Shown: piece by piece, positions 40,701 to 53,100 of the stretch | Numbering within the stretch: position 1 is the first letter of the stretch | Layout: each line of letters begins with the position of its first letter | NCBI RefSeq assembly: GCF_009914755.1 | Contig: NC_060933.1 | DNA: 64,000 nucleotides | From: the human T2T-CHM13v2.0 reference genome, Homo sapiens | Reading direction: 5' to 3' (one strand) | Translations under genes and position numbers: made by a program | Notes under the pieces: model-generated | The model's input: the letters and a program-made list of their open reading frames with translations, nothing else | Database searches by the model: none | Told to the model about the DNA's origin: nothing

Positions 40701-43570
40701 GGAATGCAATGGAATGGATTCAACTTGAATGGAATGGAAAGAATGGAATCAACACGACTGGAAAGGCATGGATTGGAATGCAATGGAATGGAATCAACCC
40801 GAGTACAGGGGAATGGAATGGAATGGAATGCAATGGAATGGAATCATCCGTAATGGAATGGAAAGGAATGGAATGGAATGAAATGGAATGGAATGGAATG
40901 GAATGGAATGGAATCAACACGATTGCAATCGAATGGAATGGAATCAATTAACCCGAATAGAATGGAATGGAATGGAATGGAACAGAACGGAATGGAATGG
41001 AATGGAATGGAATGGAACGGAACAGAACGGAATGGAATGGAATGGAATGGAATGGAATGGAATGGAATGGAATGGAATCAACGCGAGTGCAGGGAAATGA
41101 AATGGAATGGAATCATCCGGAATGGAATGGAATGGAATGGAATGGAATGGAATCAACCCGAGTGCAATGGAATGGAGTGGAATGGAATGGAATGGAATGG
41201 AACAACCCGAATGGAATGGAATGAAATGGAGAGTAAGGGAGTTGAATAGAATCAATCCGAACGTAATGGAATGGAATGCAGCGGAATGGAATGGAATGGA
41301 ATGGAATGCAATGGAATGGAATCAACCCGAGTACAATGGAATGGAATGGAATGGAATGGAATGGAATGGAATGGAATCGATTGGAATACCTTCAAACCGA
41401 ATGGAATGGAATGGAATGGAACGGAATGTAATGTAATGGAATGGAATGGAAAAAACCCGAGTGCAGGGGAATGGAATGGAATGGAATGCAATGGAGTGGA
41501 ATCATCCGGAATGGAATGGAATGGAATGCAATGGAATGGAATGGAATGGAATGGAATGGAATGGAATGGAATCAACCCGAGTGCAATGGAATGGAGTGAA
41601 ATGGAATGGAATGGAATGGAGACAACCAGAATGGATTGGAATATAATGGAGTGTAAGGGAATTGAATAGAATCAATCTGAATGTAATGAAATGGAATGGA
41701 ACGGAATGGAATGGAATGTAATGGAATGGAATGGAATGCAATGGAATGGAATCAACCCGAGTGCAATCGAATGGAATCGAATGGAATGGAATGCAATGGA
41801 ATGGATTCAACTTGAATGGAATGGAAAGAATGGAATCAACACGAGTGGAATGGCATGGATTGGAATGGAATGGAATGGAATCAACCCGAGTATAGGGGAA
41901 TGGAATGGTATGGAATGCAATGGAGTGGAATAATCCGTAATGGAATGGAAAGGAATTGAATGGAATGGAATGGAATGGAATGGAATGGAATGGAATCAAC
42001 TCGATTGCAATCGAATGGAATGGAATGGAATTAACCCGAATAGAATGGAATGGAATGGAATGGAACGGAACGGAACGGAATGGAATGGATTGGAATGGAA
42101 TGGAATGGAACGGAAAGGAATGGAATGGAATGGAATGGAATGGAATGGAATGGAATCAACGCGAGTGCAGGGGAATGGAAAGGAATGGAATGCAATGGAA
42201 TGGAATCTTCCGGAATGGAATGGAATGGAATGGAATGGAATGGAATAAACCCGAGTGCAATGGAATGGAGTGGAATGGAATGGAATGGAATGGAACAACA
42301 CGAATGGAATGGAATGTAATGGAGAGTAAGGGAGTTGAATAGAATCAATCCGAATGTAATGGAATGGAATGGAACGGAATGGAATTGAATGGAATGGAAT
42401 GGAATGGAATGGAATGGAATGGAATCAACCCGAGTGCAATGGAATGGAGAGGAATGGAATAGAATGGAATGGAAACTACCCGAATGGAATGGAATGTAAT
42501 GGAGTGTAAGGCAATTGAATAGAATCAATCCGAATGTAATGGAATGGAATGTAATGGAATGGAATGGAATGGAATGGAATGGAATGGAATGGAAGGCAAT
42601 GGAATGGAATCAACCCGAGGGCAATCGAATGGAATGGAATGCAATGGAATGGATTCAACTTGAATGGAATGGAAAGAATACAATCAACACGAGTGGAATG
42701 GCATGGATTGGAATGGAATGGAATGGAATCAACCCGAGTACAGGGGAATGGAATGGAATGGAATGCAATGGCATGGAATCATCCGTAATGGAATGGAAAG
42801 GAATGGAATGGAATGGAATGGAATGGAATGGAATGGAATGGAATGGAATCAACTCGATTGCAATCGAATGGAATGGAATGGAATTAACCCGAATAGAATG
42901 GAATGGAATGGAATGGAACGGAACGGAATGGAATGGAATGGAATGGAACGGAACGGAATGGAATGGAATGGAATGGAATGGAATCAACGCGAGTGCAGGG
43001 GAATGGAATGGAATGGAATGCAATGGAATGGAAACTTCCGGAATGGAATGGAATGGAATGGAATGAAATGCAATGGATTCAACTCGATTGCAATGGAATG
43101 GAATAGAATGGAATGGAATGGCATGGAATGGAATTAATCCGAATAGAATGGAATGGTATGGAAAGGAATGGAATGGTACGGAATAGAATGGAATGGAACG
43201 AATTGTAATGGAATGGAATTGAATGGAATGGAATGGAATGGAATGGAATCAACGCGAGAGCAGGGGAATGTAATGGAACGGAATGCAATGGAATGGAATC
43301 ATCCGGAATGGAATGGAATGGAATGGAATGGAATGGAATGGAATCAACCGGAGTGCAATGGAATGGAGTGGAATGGAATGGAATGGAATAGAACAACCCG
43401 AATGGAATGGAATGTAATGGAGAGTAAGGGAGTTGAATAGAATCAATCCGAATGTAATGGAATGGAATGCAACGGAATGGAATGGAATGGAATGGAATGG
43501 AATGGAATGCAATGGAATGGAATCAACCCGAGTACAATGTAATGGAATGGAATGGAATGGAATGGAATGG
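34740..43570 (+). repeat. Tandem duplication of about 4.4 kb (junction about 39090-39135)
   Basis: ORF offsets 4362-4472 (35108/39470, 35908/40370, 36472/40944, 38622/43079). Shared private variants CATCGCGAG, CACGACTGGAAAGGC, CAATTAACCC, TACCTTCAAACC, CCCGAGGGC, GAAACTTCC and CAACCGGAG. Confidence 0.93.
40101..40260 (+). repeat. 80 bp direct duplication
   Basis: GGAATA(G/T)GAGGGAATGTATTCGAG...TACATTGGAATCAACCCGAGT occurs at 40101-40180 and 40181-40260. The paralog at about 35720-35800 has a single copy. Confidence 0.95.
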
Positions 43571-44574
43571 AATGGAATGGAATGGAATGGAATGGAATGA
43601 TACGGAATAGAATGGAATGGAACGAAATGGAATGGAATGGAATGGAATGGAATGGAATGGAATGGAATCGTTCCGAGTGGAATAGGAGGGAATGTATTCG
43701 AGTGGAATGAAAATGAATGGAATCAACCAGAGTGGAATGGAAGGGAATGGAATGGAATGGAAACTAATAGAATGGAATCAACCCGAGTGGAATGGAATGG
43801 AAAGGACTGGAATGGAATGGAATGGAATGGAATCAACTCGATTGTAATGGAATGGAATGGAATGGAATGGAATGGAATGGAATGGAATGGAATGGAATTA
43901 ACCCGAATACAATGGAATGGAATGGAATGGAATGGAATGGAGTGGAATGGAATGGAATCAACCCGAGTGCAGGAGAATGGAATGGAATGGAATGCAATGG
44001 AATGGAATCATCCGGAATGGAATGGAATGGAATGGAATGCAAAGCAATGGAATCAACTCGATTGCAATGGAATGGACTGGAATGGAAGGGAATAACTTGG
44101 AATCAACCCGAGTGGAATGGAATGGAAAGGACTGGAATGGAGTGGAATGGAATGGAATGGAATGGAATGGAATGGAATCAACTTGATTGGAATGGAATGG
44201 AATGGAATGGTATGGAATGGAATGGAATCAACCCGACTGCAGGGGAATGGAATGGAATGGAATGCAATGGAATGGATTCAACTTGAATGGAATGGAAAGA
44301 ATGGAATCAACACGAGTGGAATGGCATGGATTGGAATGGAATGGAATGGAATCAACCCGAGTACAGGGGAATGGAATGGTATGGAATGCAATGGAATGGA
44401 ATCATCCGTAATGGAATGGAAAGGAAAGGAATGGAATGGAATGGAATGGAATGGAATGGAATGGAATCAACTCGATTGCAATCGAGTGGAATGGAATGGA
44501 ATTAACCGGAATAGAATGGAATGGAATGGAATGGAACGGAACGGAACGGAATGGAATGGAATGAAATGGAATGG

Positions 44575-47100
44575 AATGGAACGGAAAGGAATGGAATGGA
44601 ATGGAATGGAATGGAATGGAATGGAATCAACGCGAGTGCAGGGTCATGGAATGGAATGGAATGCAATGGAATGGAATCTTCCGGAATGCAATGGAAAGGA
44701 ATCAACCCGAGTACAATGGAATGGAATGGAATGGAATGGAATGGAATGGAATGGAATGGAATGCAATGGAATGGAATCTTCCGGAATGGAATGGAATGGA
44801 ATGGAATGGAATGGAATGCAATGGATTCAACTAGATTGCAATGGAATGGAATAGAATGGAATGGAATGGAATGGAATGGAATGGAATGGAATGGAATGGA
44901 ATGGAATTAAACAGAATAGAATGGAATGGAATGGAATGGAACGGAACAGAACGGAACGGAAAGGAATGGAGTGCAATGGAATGGAATGGAATTGTATGGA
45001 ATGGAATGGAACGGTACGGAATAGAATGGAATGGAAAGAATTGGAATGGAATGGAATGGAATGGAATGGAATGGAATGGAATGGAATGGAATCAACCCGA
45101 GTGCAGGGGAATGTAATGGAACGGAATGCAATGGAATGGAATCATCCGGAATGGAATGGAATGGAATGGAATGGAATGGAATCAACCTGAGCGCAATGGA
45201 ATGGAGTGGAATGGAATGGAATGGAATGGAACAACCCGAATGGAATGGAATGTAATGGAGAGTAAGGGAGTTGAATAAAATCAATCCGAATGTAATGGAA
45301 TGGAACGCAATGGAATGGAATGGAATGGAATGGAATGGAATGGAATGCAATGGAATGGAATCAACCCGAGTGCAATCGAATGGAATCCAATGGAATGGAA
45401 TGCAATGGAATGGATTCAACTTGAATGGAATGGAAAGAATGGAATCATCACGAGTGGAATGGCATGGATTGGAATGGAATGGAATGGAATCAACCCGAGT
45501 ATAGGGGAATGGAATGGTATGGAATGCAATGGAGTGGAATCATCCGTAATGGAATGGAAAGGAATGGAATGGAATGGAATGGAATGGAATCAACTCGATT
45601 GCAATCGAATGGAATGGAATGGAATTAACCCGAATAGAATGGAATGGAATGGAATGGAACGGAACGGAATGGAATGTAAGGGGATGGAATGGAATGGAAC
45701 TGAAAGGAAGGGAATGGAATGGAATAGAATAGAATGGAATGGAATCAACGCGAGTGCAGGGGAATGGAATGGAATGGAATGCAATGGAATGGAATCTTCC
45801 GGAATGGAATGGAATGGAATGGAATGGAATGGAATGGAATGGAACGGAAAGGAATGGAATGGAATGGAATGGAATGGAATGGAATGGAATCAACGCGAGT
45901 GCAGGGTCATGGAATGGAATGGAATGCAATGGAATGGAATCTTCCGGAATGCAATGGAAAGGAATCAACCCGAGTACAATGGAATGGAATGGAATGGAAT
46001 GGAATGGAATGGAATGGAATGGAATGCAATGGAATGGAATCTTCCGGAATGGAATGGAATGGAATGGAATGGAATGGAATGCAATGGATTCAACTAGATT
46101 GCAATGGAATGGAATAGAATGGAATGGAATGGAATGGAATGGAATGGAATGGAATGGAATTAAACCGAATAGAATGGAATGGAATGGAATGGAACGGAAC
46201 AGAACGGAACGGAAAGGAACGGAGTGGAATGGAATGGAATGGAATTGTATGGAATGGAATGGAACGGTACGGAATAGAATGGAATGGAAAGAATTGGAAT
46301 GGAATGGAATGGAATGGAATGGAATGGAATGGAATGGAATGGAATCAACCCGAGTGCAGGGGAATGTAATGGAACGGAATGCAATGGAATGGAATCATCC
46401 GGAATGGAATGGAATGGAATGGAATGGAATGGAATGGAATGGAATGGAATCAACCCGAGCGCAATGGAATGGAGTGGAATGGAATGGAATGGAATGGAAC
46501 AACCCGAATGGAATGGAATGTAATGGAGAGTAAGGGAGTTGAATAAAATCAATCCGAATGTAATGGAATGGAACGCAATGGAATGGAATGGAATGGAATG
46601 GAATGGAATGGAATGGAATGCAATGGAATGGAATCAACCCGAGTGCAATCGAATGGAATCCAATGGAATGGAATGAAATGGAATGGATTCAACTTGAATG
46701 GAATGGAAAGAATGGAATCATCACGAGTGGAATGGCATGGATTGGAATGGAATGGAATGGAATCAACCCGAGTATAGGGGAATGGAATGGTATGTAATGC
46801 AATGGAGTGGAATCATCCGTAATGGAATGGAAAGGAAAGGAATGGAATGGAATGGAATGGAATCAACTCGATTGCAATCGAATGGAATGGAATGGAATTA
46901 ACCCGAATAGAATGGAATGGAATGGAATGGAACGGAACGGAATGGAATGTAAGGGGATGGAATGGAATGGAACGGAAAGGAAGGGAATGGAATGGAATAG
47001 AATGGAATGGAATGGAATCAACGCGAGTGCAGGGGAATGGAATGGAATGGAATGCAATGGAATGGAATCTTCCGGAATGGAATGGAATGGAATGGAATGG
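44575..47100 (+). repeat. Tandem duplication of about 1.27 kb
   Basis: Private variants GCAGGGTCATGG (about 44638/45901), CAACTAGATT, GAATAAAATC, GAATCCAATGG, CATCACGAG and GTAAGGGGATGG, at offsets of about 1263-1273. Confidence 0.93.
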
Positions 47101-50100
47101 AATGGAATGGAATGGAATTAACCCGAGTGCAATGGAATGGAATCGAAAGGAATGGAATGGAATGGAAAGGCTTCACCCCGAATGGAATGGAAAGGAATGG
47201 AATCAACCCGAGTGGAATGGAATGGAATGGAATGGAATGGAATGGAATGGAATGCAATGGAATGGAATGGAATGGAATCAACCCGATTGCAATGAAATTG
47301 AATGGAATGGAAGGGAATGGAATGGAATTAACCCGAATAGAATGGAATGGAATGGAAAGGAATGGTATGGAATGGAATGGATTTGAATGGAATCAACCCG
47401 GGTGCAGGGGAATGCAATTGAATGGAAGGAAATGGAATGCAATCATCCGGAATGGAATGGAATGGAATGGAATGGAATGGTTTCAACACGAATGGAATGG
47501 AATGGAATGGAATCAACCCGAGTAGAATGGCATGGAATGGAATGGAATGTAATGGAATGGAATGGAATGGAATGGTATGGAATAGAATGGAATGGAACGA
47601 AATGGAATGGAAGGGCATGGAATGGAATGGAATGGAATCAACCCGACTGCAATGGAATGGAGTGGAATGGAATGGAATGGAATGGAAACAACCCGAATGG
47701 AATGGAATGTAATGGAGTGTAAGGGAATTGAATACAATCAATACGAATGTAATGGAATGGAATGGAACGGAATGGAATGGAATGGAATGGAATGCAGTGC
47801 AATGGAATCAAACCTAGTGCAATGGAATGGAATGCAATGGAATGGAATGGAATGGAATGGAATGGAATGGAATGGAATGGAATGGATTCAACCCAAATGG
47901 AATGGAAAGCAATGGAATCAACCCGAGTGGAATGGCATGGAACGGAATGGAATGGAATGGTATGGAATAGAATGGAATGGAAAGAAATGGAATGGAATGG
48001 AATGGAATGGAATGGAATGGAATGGAATGGAAACGAATGGAATGGAATGGAATGGAATAGAATGGAATGGAACGAAATGGAATGGAATGGAACGGAATGG
48101 AATGGAATCAATCCGAGTGGAATGGAAGGGAATGCGTTCGAGTAGAATGGAAAGGAATGGAATCAAACAGAGTGGAATGGAAGGGAATGGAATGGAATGG
48201 AAACTAATAAAATGGAATCAACACGAGTGGAATGGAATGGAAAGGACTTGAATGGAATGGAGTGGAATGCAATGGAATCAACTCGATTGCAATGGAATGT
48301 AATGGAATGGAATGGAATGGAATTAATGCGAATAGAATGGATTGGAATGGAATGGAACGGAATGGAATGGAATGGAATGGAATGGAATCAAACTGAGTGC
48401 AGGGGAATGGAATGGAATGGAATGGAATAGAATGGAATGGAATGGAATGGAATTGAATAGAATGGAATGGAATGGAAGGGAATGGAATGGAATGGAATGG
48501 AATGGAATGGTACAGAATAGAATGGAATGGAACAAAATGGAATGGAATGGAATGGAATGGAACGGAATGGAATGGAATCAACTCGATTACAATGGAATGT
48601 AATGGAATGGAATGGAATGGAATTAACGCGAATAGAATGGAATGGAATGGAATGGAACGGAATGGAATGGAATGGGATGGAATGGAATCAATCTGAGTGC
48701 AGGGGAATGGAATGGAATGGAATGCAATGGAATGGAATGGAATGGAATGGAATGGAATGCAATGGAATCAACTAGATTGCAATGGGATGGAATGGAATGG
48801 AAGGGAATGGAAGGGAATGGAATGGAATGGAATTAACCTGAATAGAATGGAATGGAATGGAATGGAATGGAACGGAATGGAAGGGAATGGAATGGAATGG
48901 AATTAACCGGAACAGAATAGAATGGAATGGAATGGAACGGAATGGAATGGAATGGAATGGAATGAAATGCAATGGAATGGGATCAACCTGAGTGCAGGGG
49001 AATGGAATGGAATGGAATGCAATGGAATGGAATCAATCAACCCGAGTGCAATAGAATGCAGTGGAATGGAATGGAATGGAATGGAAAGTACCCGAATGGA
49101 ATGGAATGTAATGGAGTGTAAGAGAATTAAAAAGAATCAATCCGAATGTAATGGAATGGAATGGAACGGAATGGAATGGAATGGAATGGAATGGAATGGA
49201 ATGAAATGGAATGGCATGGAATGGAATGGAATCAACCCGAGTTGAATGGAATGGAATCGAATGGAATGGAATGGAATGGAATGGATTCAACCCGAATGGA
49301 ATGGAAAGGAATGGAATAAACCCGAGTGAAATGGCATGGAAGGGAATGGAATGGAGTGGAATGGTAAGGAATAGAATGGAATGGAACGAAATGGAATGGA
49401 ATGGAATGGAATGGAATGGAATGGGTTCAATTCGAATGGAATGGAAAGGAATGGAATCAACCCGAGTGTAATGGCATGGAATGGAATGGAATGGAATGGA
49501 ATGGAATGGAATGGAATGGAATGGATTCAACCCGAATGGAATGGAAAGGAATGGAATAAACCCGAGTGGAATGGCATGGAATGGAGTGGAATGGAATGGA
49601 ATGGAATGGAATGGAATGGAATGGAATGGAATTAACCCTAATAGAATGGAATGGAATGGAATGGAATGGAATGGAATGGAATGGAAGGGAATGGAATGGA
49701 ATGGAATGGAATGGAATTAACCCGAATAGAATGGAGTGGAATGGAATGGAATGGAATGGAATCAACTCGATTTCAATTGAATGGAATGGAATGGAATGGA
49801 AGGGAATGGAAGGGAATGGAATGGAATTGAATGAAATTAACCCGAATGGAATGGAATGGAATGGAATGGAATGGAATGGAATGGAATGGAATGGAATAGA
49901 ATGGAATCCAACCGAGTGCAGGGGAATGGAATGGAATGGAATGCAATGGAATGGAATCATACGGAATGGAATGGAATGGAATGGAATGCAATGGAATGGA
50001 ATGGAATCAACCCGATTGCAATGGAATGGAGTGGAATGGAATGGAATGGAATGGAAACAACCCGAATGGAATGGAATGTAATGGAGAGTAAGGGAATTGA

Positions 50101-53100
50101 ATAGAATCAATACGAATGTAATGGAATGGAATGGAACAGAATGGAATGCAATGGAATGGAATGGAATGCAATGGAATGGGATCAACCCGAGTGAAATGTA
50201 ATGGAATCAAAAGGAATGGAATGGAATGGAATGGTTTCAACCCGAATGTAATGGAAAGGAATGGAATCAACCCGAGTGGAATGGAATCGAATGGAATGGA
50301 ATGCAATGGGTTCAACTCGAATGGAATGGAAAGGAATGGAATCAACCCGAGTGGAATGGCATGGAATGGAATGGAATGGAATGGAATGGAATGGAATGGA
50401 ATGGAATGGATTCAACCCGAATGGAATGGAACGGAATGGAATAAACCCGAGTGGAATGGCATGGAATGGAGTGGAATGGAATTGAATGGAAGGGAATGGT
50501 ACGGAATAGAATGGAATGGAACGAAATGGAATGGAATGGAATGGAATGGAATGGAATGGAATGAACCCGTGTGCAATTGAATGGAATCGAATGGAATGGA
50601 ATGCAATGGAATGGATTCAACTAGAATGGAATGGAAAGGAATGGAATCAACCCGAGTGGAATGGCATGGCATGGAATGGAATGGAATGGAATGGAAAAGA
50701 ATGGCACGGAATAGAATGGAATGGAACGAAATGGAATGGAATGGAATGGAATGGAATGGAATGGAATGGAATGGAATGGATTCCACCCGATTGCAGGGGA
50801 ATGGAATGGAATGGAATGCAATGGAATGGAATGGAATGGATTCAACCTGAATGAAATGGAAAGGAACGGAATCAACCCGAGAGGAATGGCATGGAATGGA
50901 ATGGAATGGAATGGAATGGAATGGTACGGAATAGAATGGAATGGAACGAAATGGAATGGAATGGAATGGAATGGAATGGAATGGAATCAACCTGAGTGCA
51001 ATGGAATGGAGGGAAGGGAATGTAATGGAACGGAAACAACACGAATGGAATGGAATGTAAAGGAGTGTAAGGGAATTGAATACAATCAAACCGAATGTAA
51101 TGGAATGGAATGGAACGGAATGGAATGGAATGGAATGCAATGGAATGGAATGGAATGGAATGGAATGGAATGGAATGGAATGAAATGGAATGGCAGGGAA
51201 TGGAATGGAATCAACCCAAGTGCAATGGAATGGAATGGAATGGAATGGAATGGAATGGAATGGATTCAACACGAATGGAATGGAAAGGAATGGAATAAAC
51301 CCGAGTGGAATGGCATGGAATGGAATGCAATGGAATGGAATGGTACGGAATAGAATGGAATGGAACGAAATGGAATGGAATGGAATGGAATGGAATGGAA
51401 TGGAATCAACCTGAGTGCAATGGAATGGAATGGAATGGAATGGAACGGAATGGAAACAACCCGAATGGAATGGAATGTAATGGAGTGTAAGGAATTGAAT
51501 ACAATCAATCCGAATATAATGGAATGGAATGGAACGGAATGGAATAGAATGGAATGCAGTGGAATGGAATCAAACCTAGTGCAATGGAATGGAATGGAAT
51601 GGAATGGAATGGAATGGAATGGAATGGATTGGATTCAACCCAAATGGAATGGAAAGCAATAGAATCAACCCGAGTGGAATGGCATGGAATGGAATAGAAT
51701 GGAATGGAATGGAATGGTACGGAATAGAATGGAATGGAACGAAATGGAATGGAATGGAATGGAATGGAACGGAATGGAATGGAATCAACTCGATTGCAAT
51801 GGAATGTAATTGAATGGAATGGAATGGAATGGAATTAACGTGAATAGAATGGAATGGAATGGAATGGAACGGAATGGAATGGAATTGGATGGAATGGAAT
51901 CAATCTGAGTGCAGGGGAATGGAATGGAATGGAATGCAACGGAATGGAATGGAATGGAATGGAATGCAATGGAATGGAATGGAATGGAATGGAATGCAAT
52001 GGAATCAACTCGATTGCAATGGGATGGAATGGAATGGAATGGAATGGAATGGAAGGGAATGGAATGGAATGGAATTAACCTGAACAGAATGGAATGGAAT
52101 GGAATGGAACGGAATGGAATGGAATGGAATGGAATGGAATGCAATGGAATGGGATCAACCCGAGTGCAGGGGAATGGAATGGAATGGAATGCAAAGGAAT
52201 GGAATCAATCAATCCGAGTGCAATAGAATGCAGTGGAATGGAATGGAATGGAATGGAAAGTACCCGAATGGAATGGAATGTAATGGAGTGTAAGGGAATT
52301 AAAAAGAATCAATCCGAATGTAATGGAATGGAATGAAACGGAATGGAATGGAATGGAATGGAATGGAATGGAATGGAATGAAATGGAATGGCATGGAATG
52401 GAATGGAATCAACCCGAGTTCAATGGAATGGAATCGAATGAAATGGAATGGAATCGAATGGATTCAACGCGAATGGAATGGAAAGGAATGGAATAAACCC
52501 GAGTGAAATGGCATGGAAGGGAATGGAATGGAATGGAATGGTAAGGAGTAGAATGGAATGGAACTTAATGGAATGGAATGGAATGGAATGGAATGGAATG
52601 GAATGGAATGGAATGAACCCGTGTGCAATGGAATGGAATGGAATGGAATGGAATGAACCCGTGTGCAATGGAATGGAATGGAATGGAATGGAATGGAATG
52701 GAATGGAATGGGTTCAACTCGAATGGAATGGAAAGGAATGGAATCAACCCGAGTGGAATGGCATGGAATGGAATGGAATGGAATGGAATGGAATGGAATT
52801 GAATGGAATGGAATCAACCCGAGTGCAGGGGAATGGAATGGAATGGAAGGCAATGGAAGGGAATCATCCGGAATTGAATGGAATGGAATGGAATGGAATG
52901 GAATGAACTCGATTGAAATGGAATGGAATGGAATGGAATGGAATGGAATGGAATGGAATGGAATTAACCCTAATAGAATGGAATGGAATGGAATTGAATG
53001 GAATGGAATGGAATGGAATGGAATGGAATGGAATGAAATTAACCCGAATAGAATGGAATGGAATGGAATGGAATGGAATGGAATGGAATGGAATGGAATG

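Larger units (their letters stand above)
1..47100 (+). repeat. HSat3 sub-array 1 (pHuR98-like; possibly the chr9q12 type)
   Basis: Recurring diagnostic motifs ATTCAACTTGAATGGAATGGAAAGAATG, CATCCGTAA, CAACGCGAGTGCAGGGG, CTTCCGG, GAGAGTAAGGGAGTTGAATA and GGAATAGGAGGGAATGTATTCGAG. None of these is seen after about 47.1 kb. The chromosomal assignment is from memory, not from a search. Confidence 0.8.
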
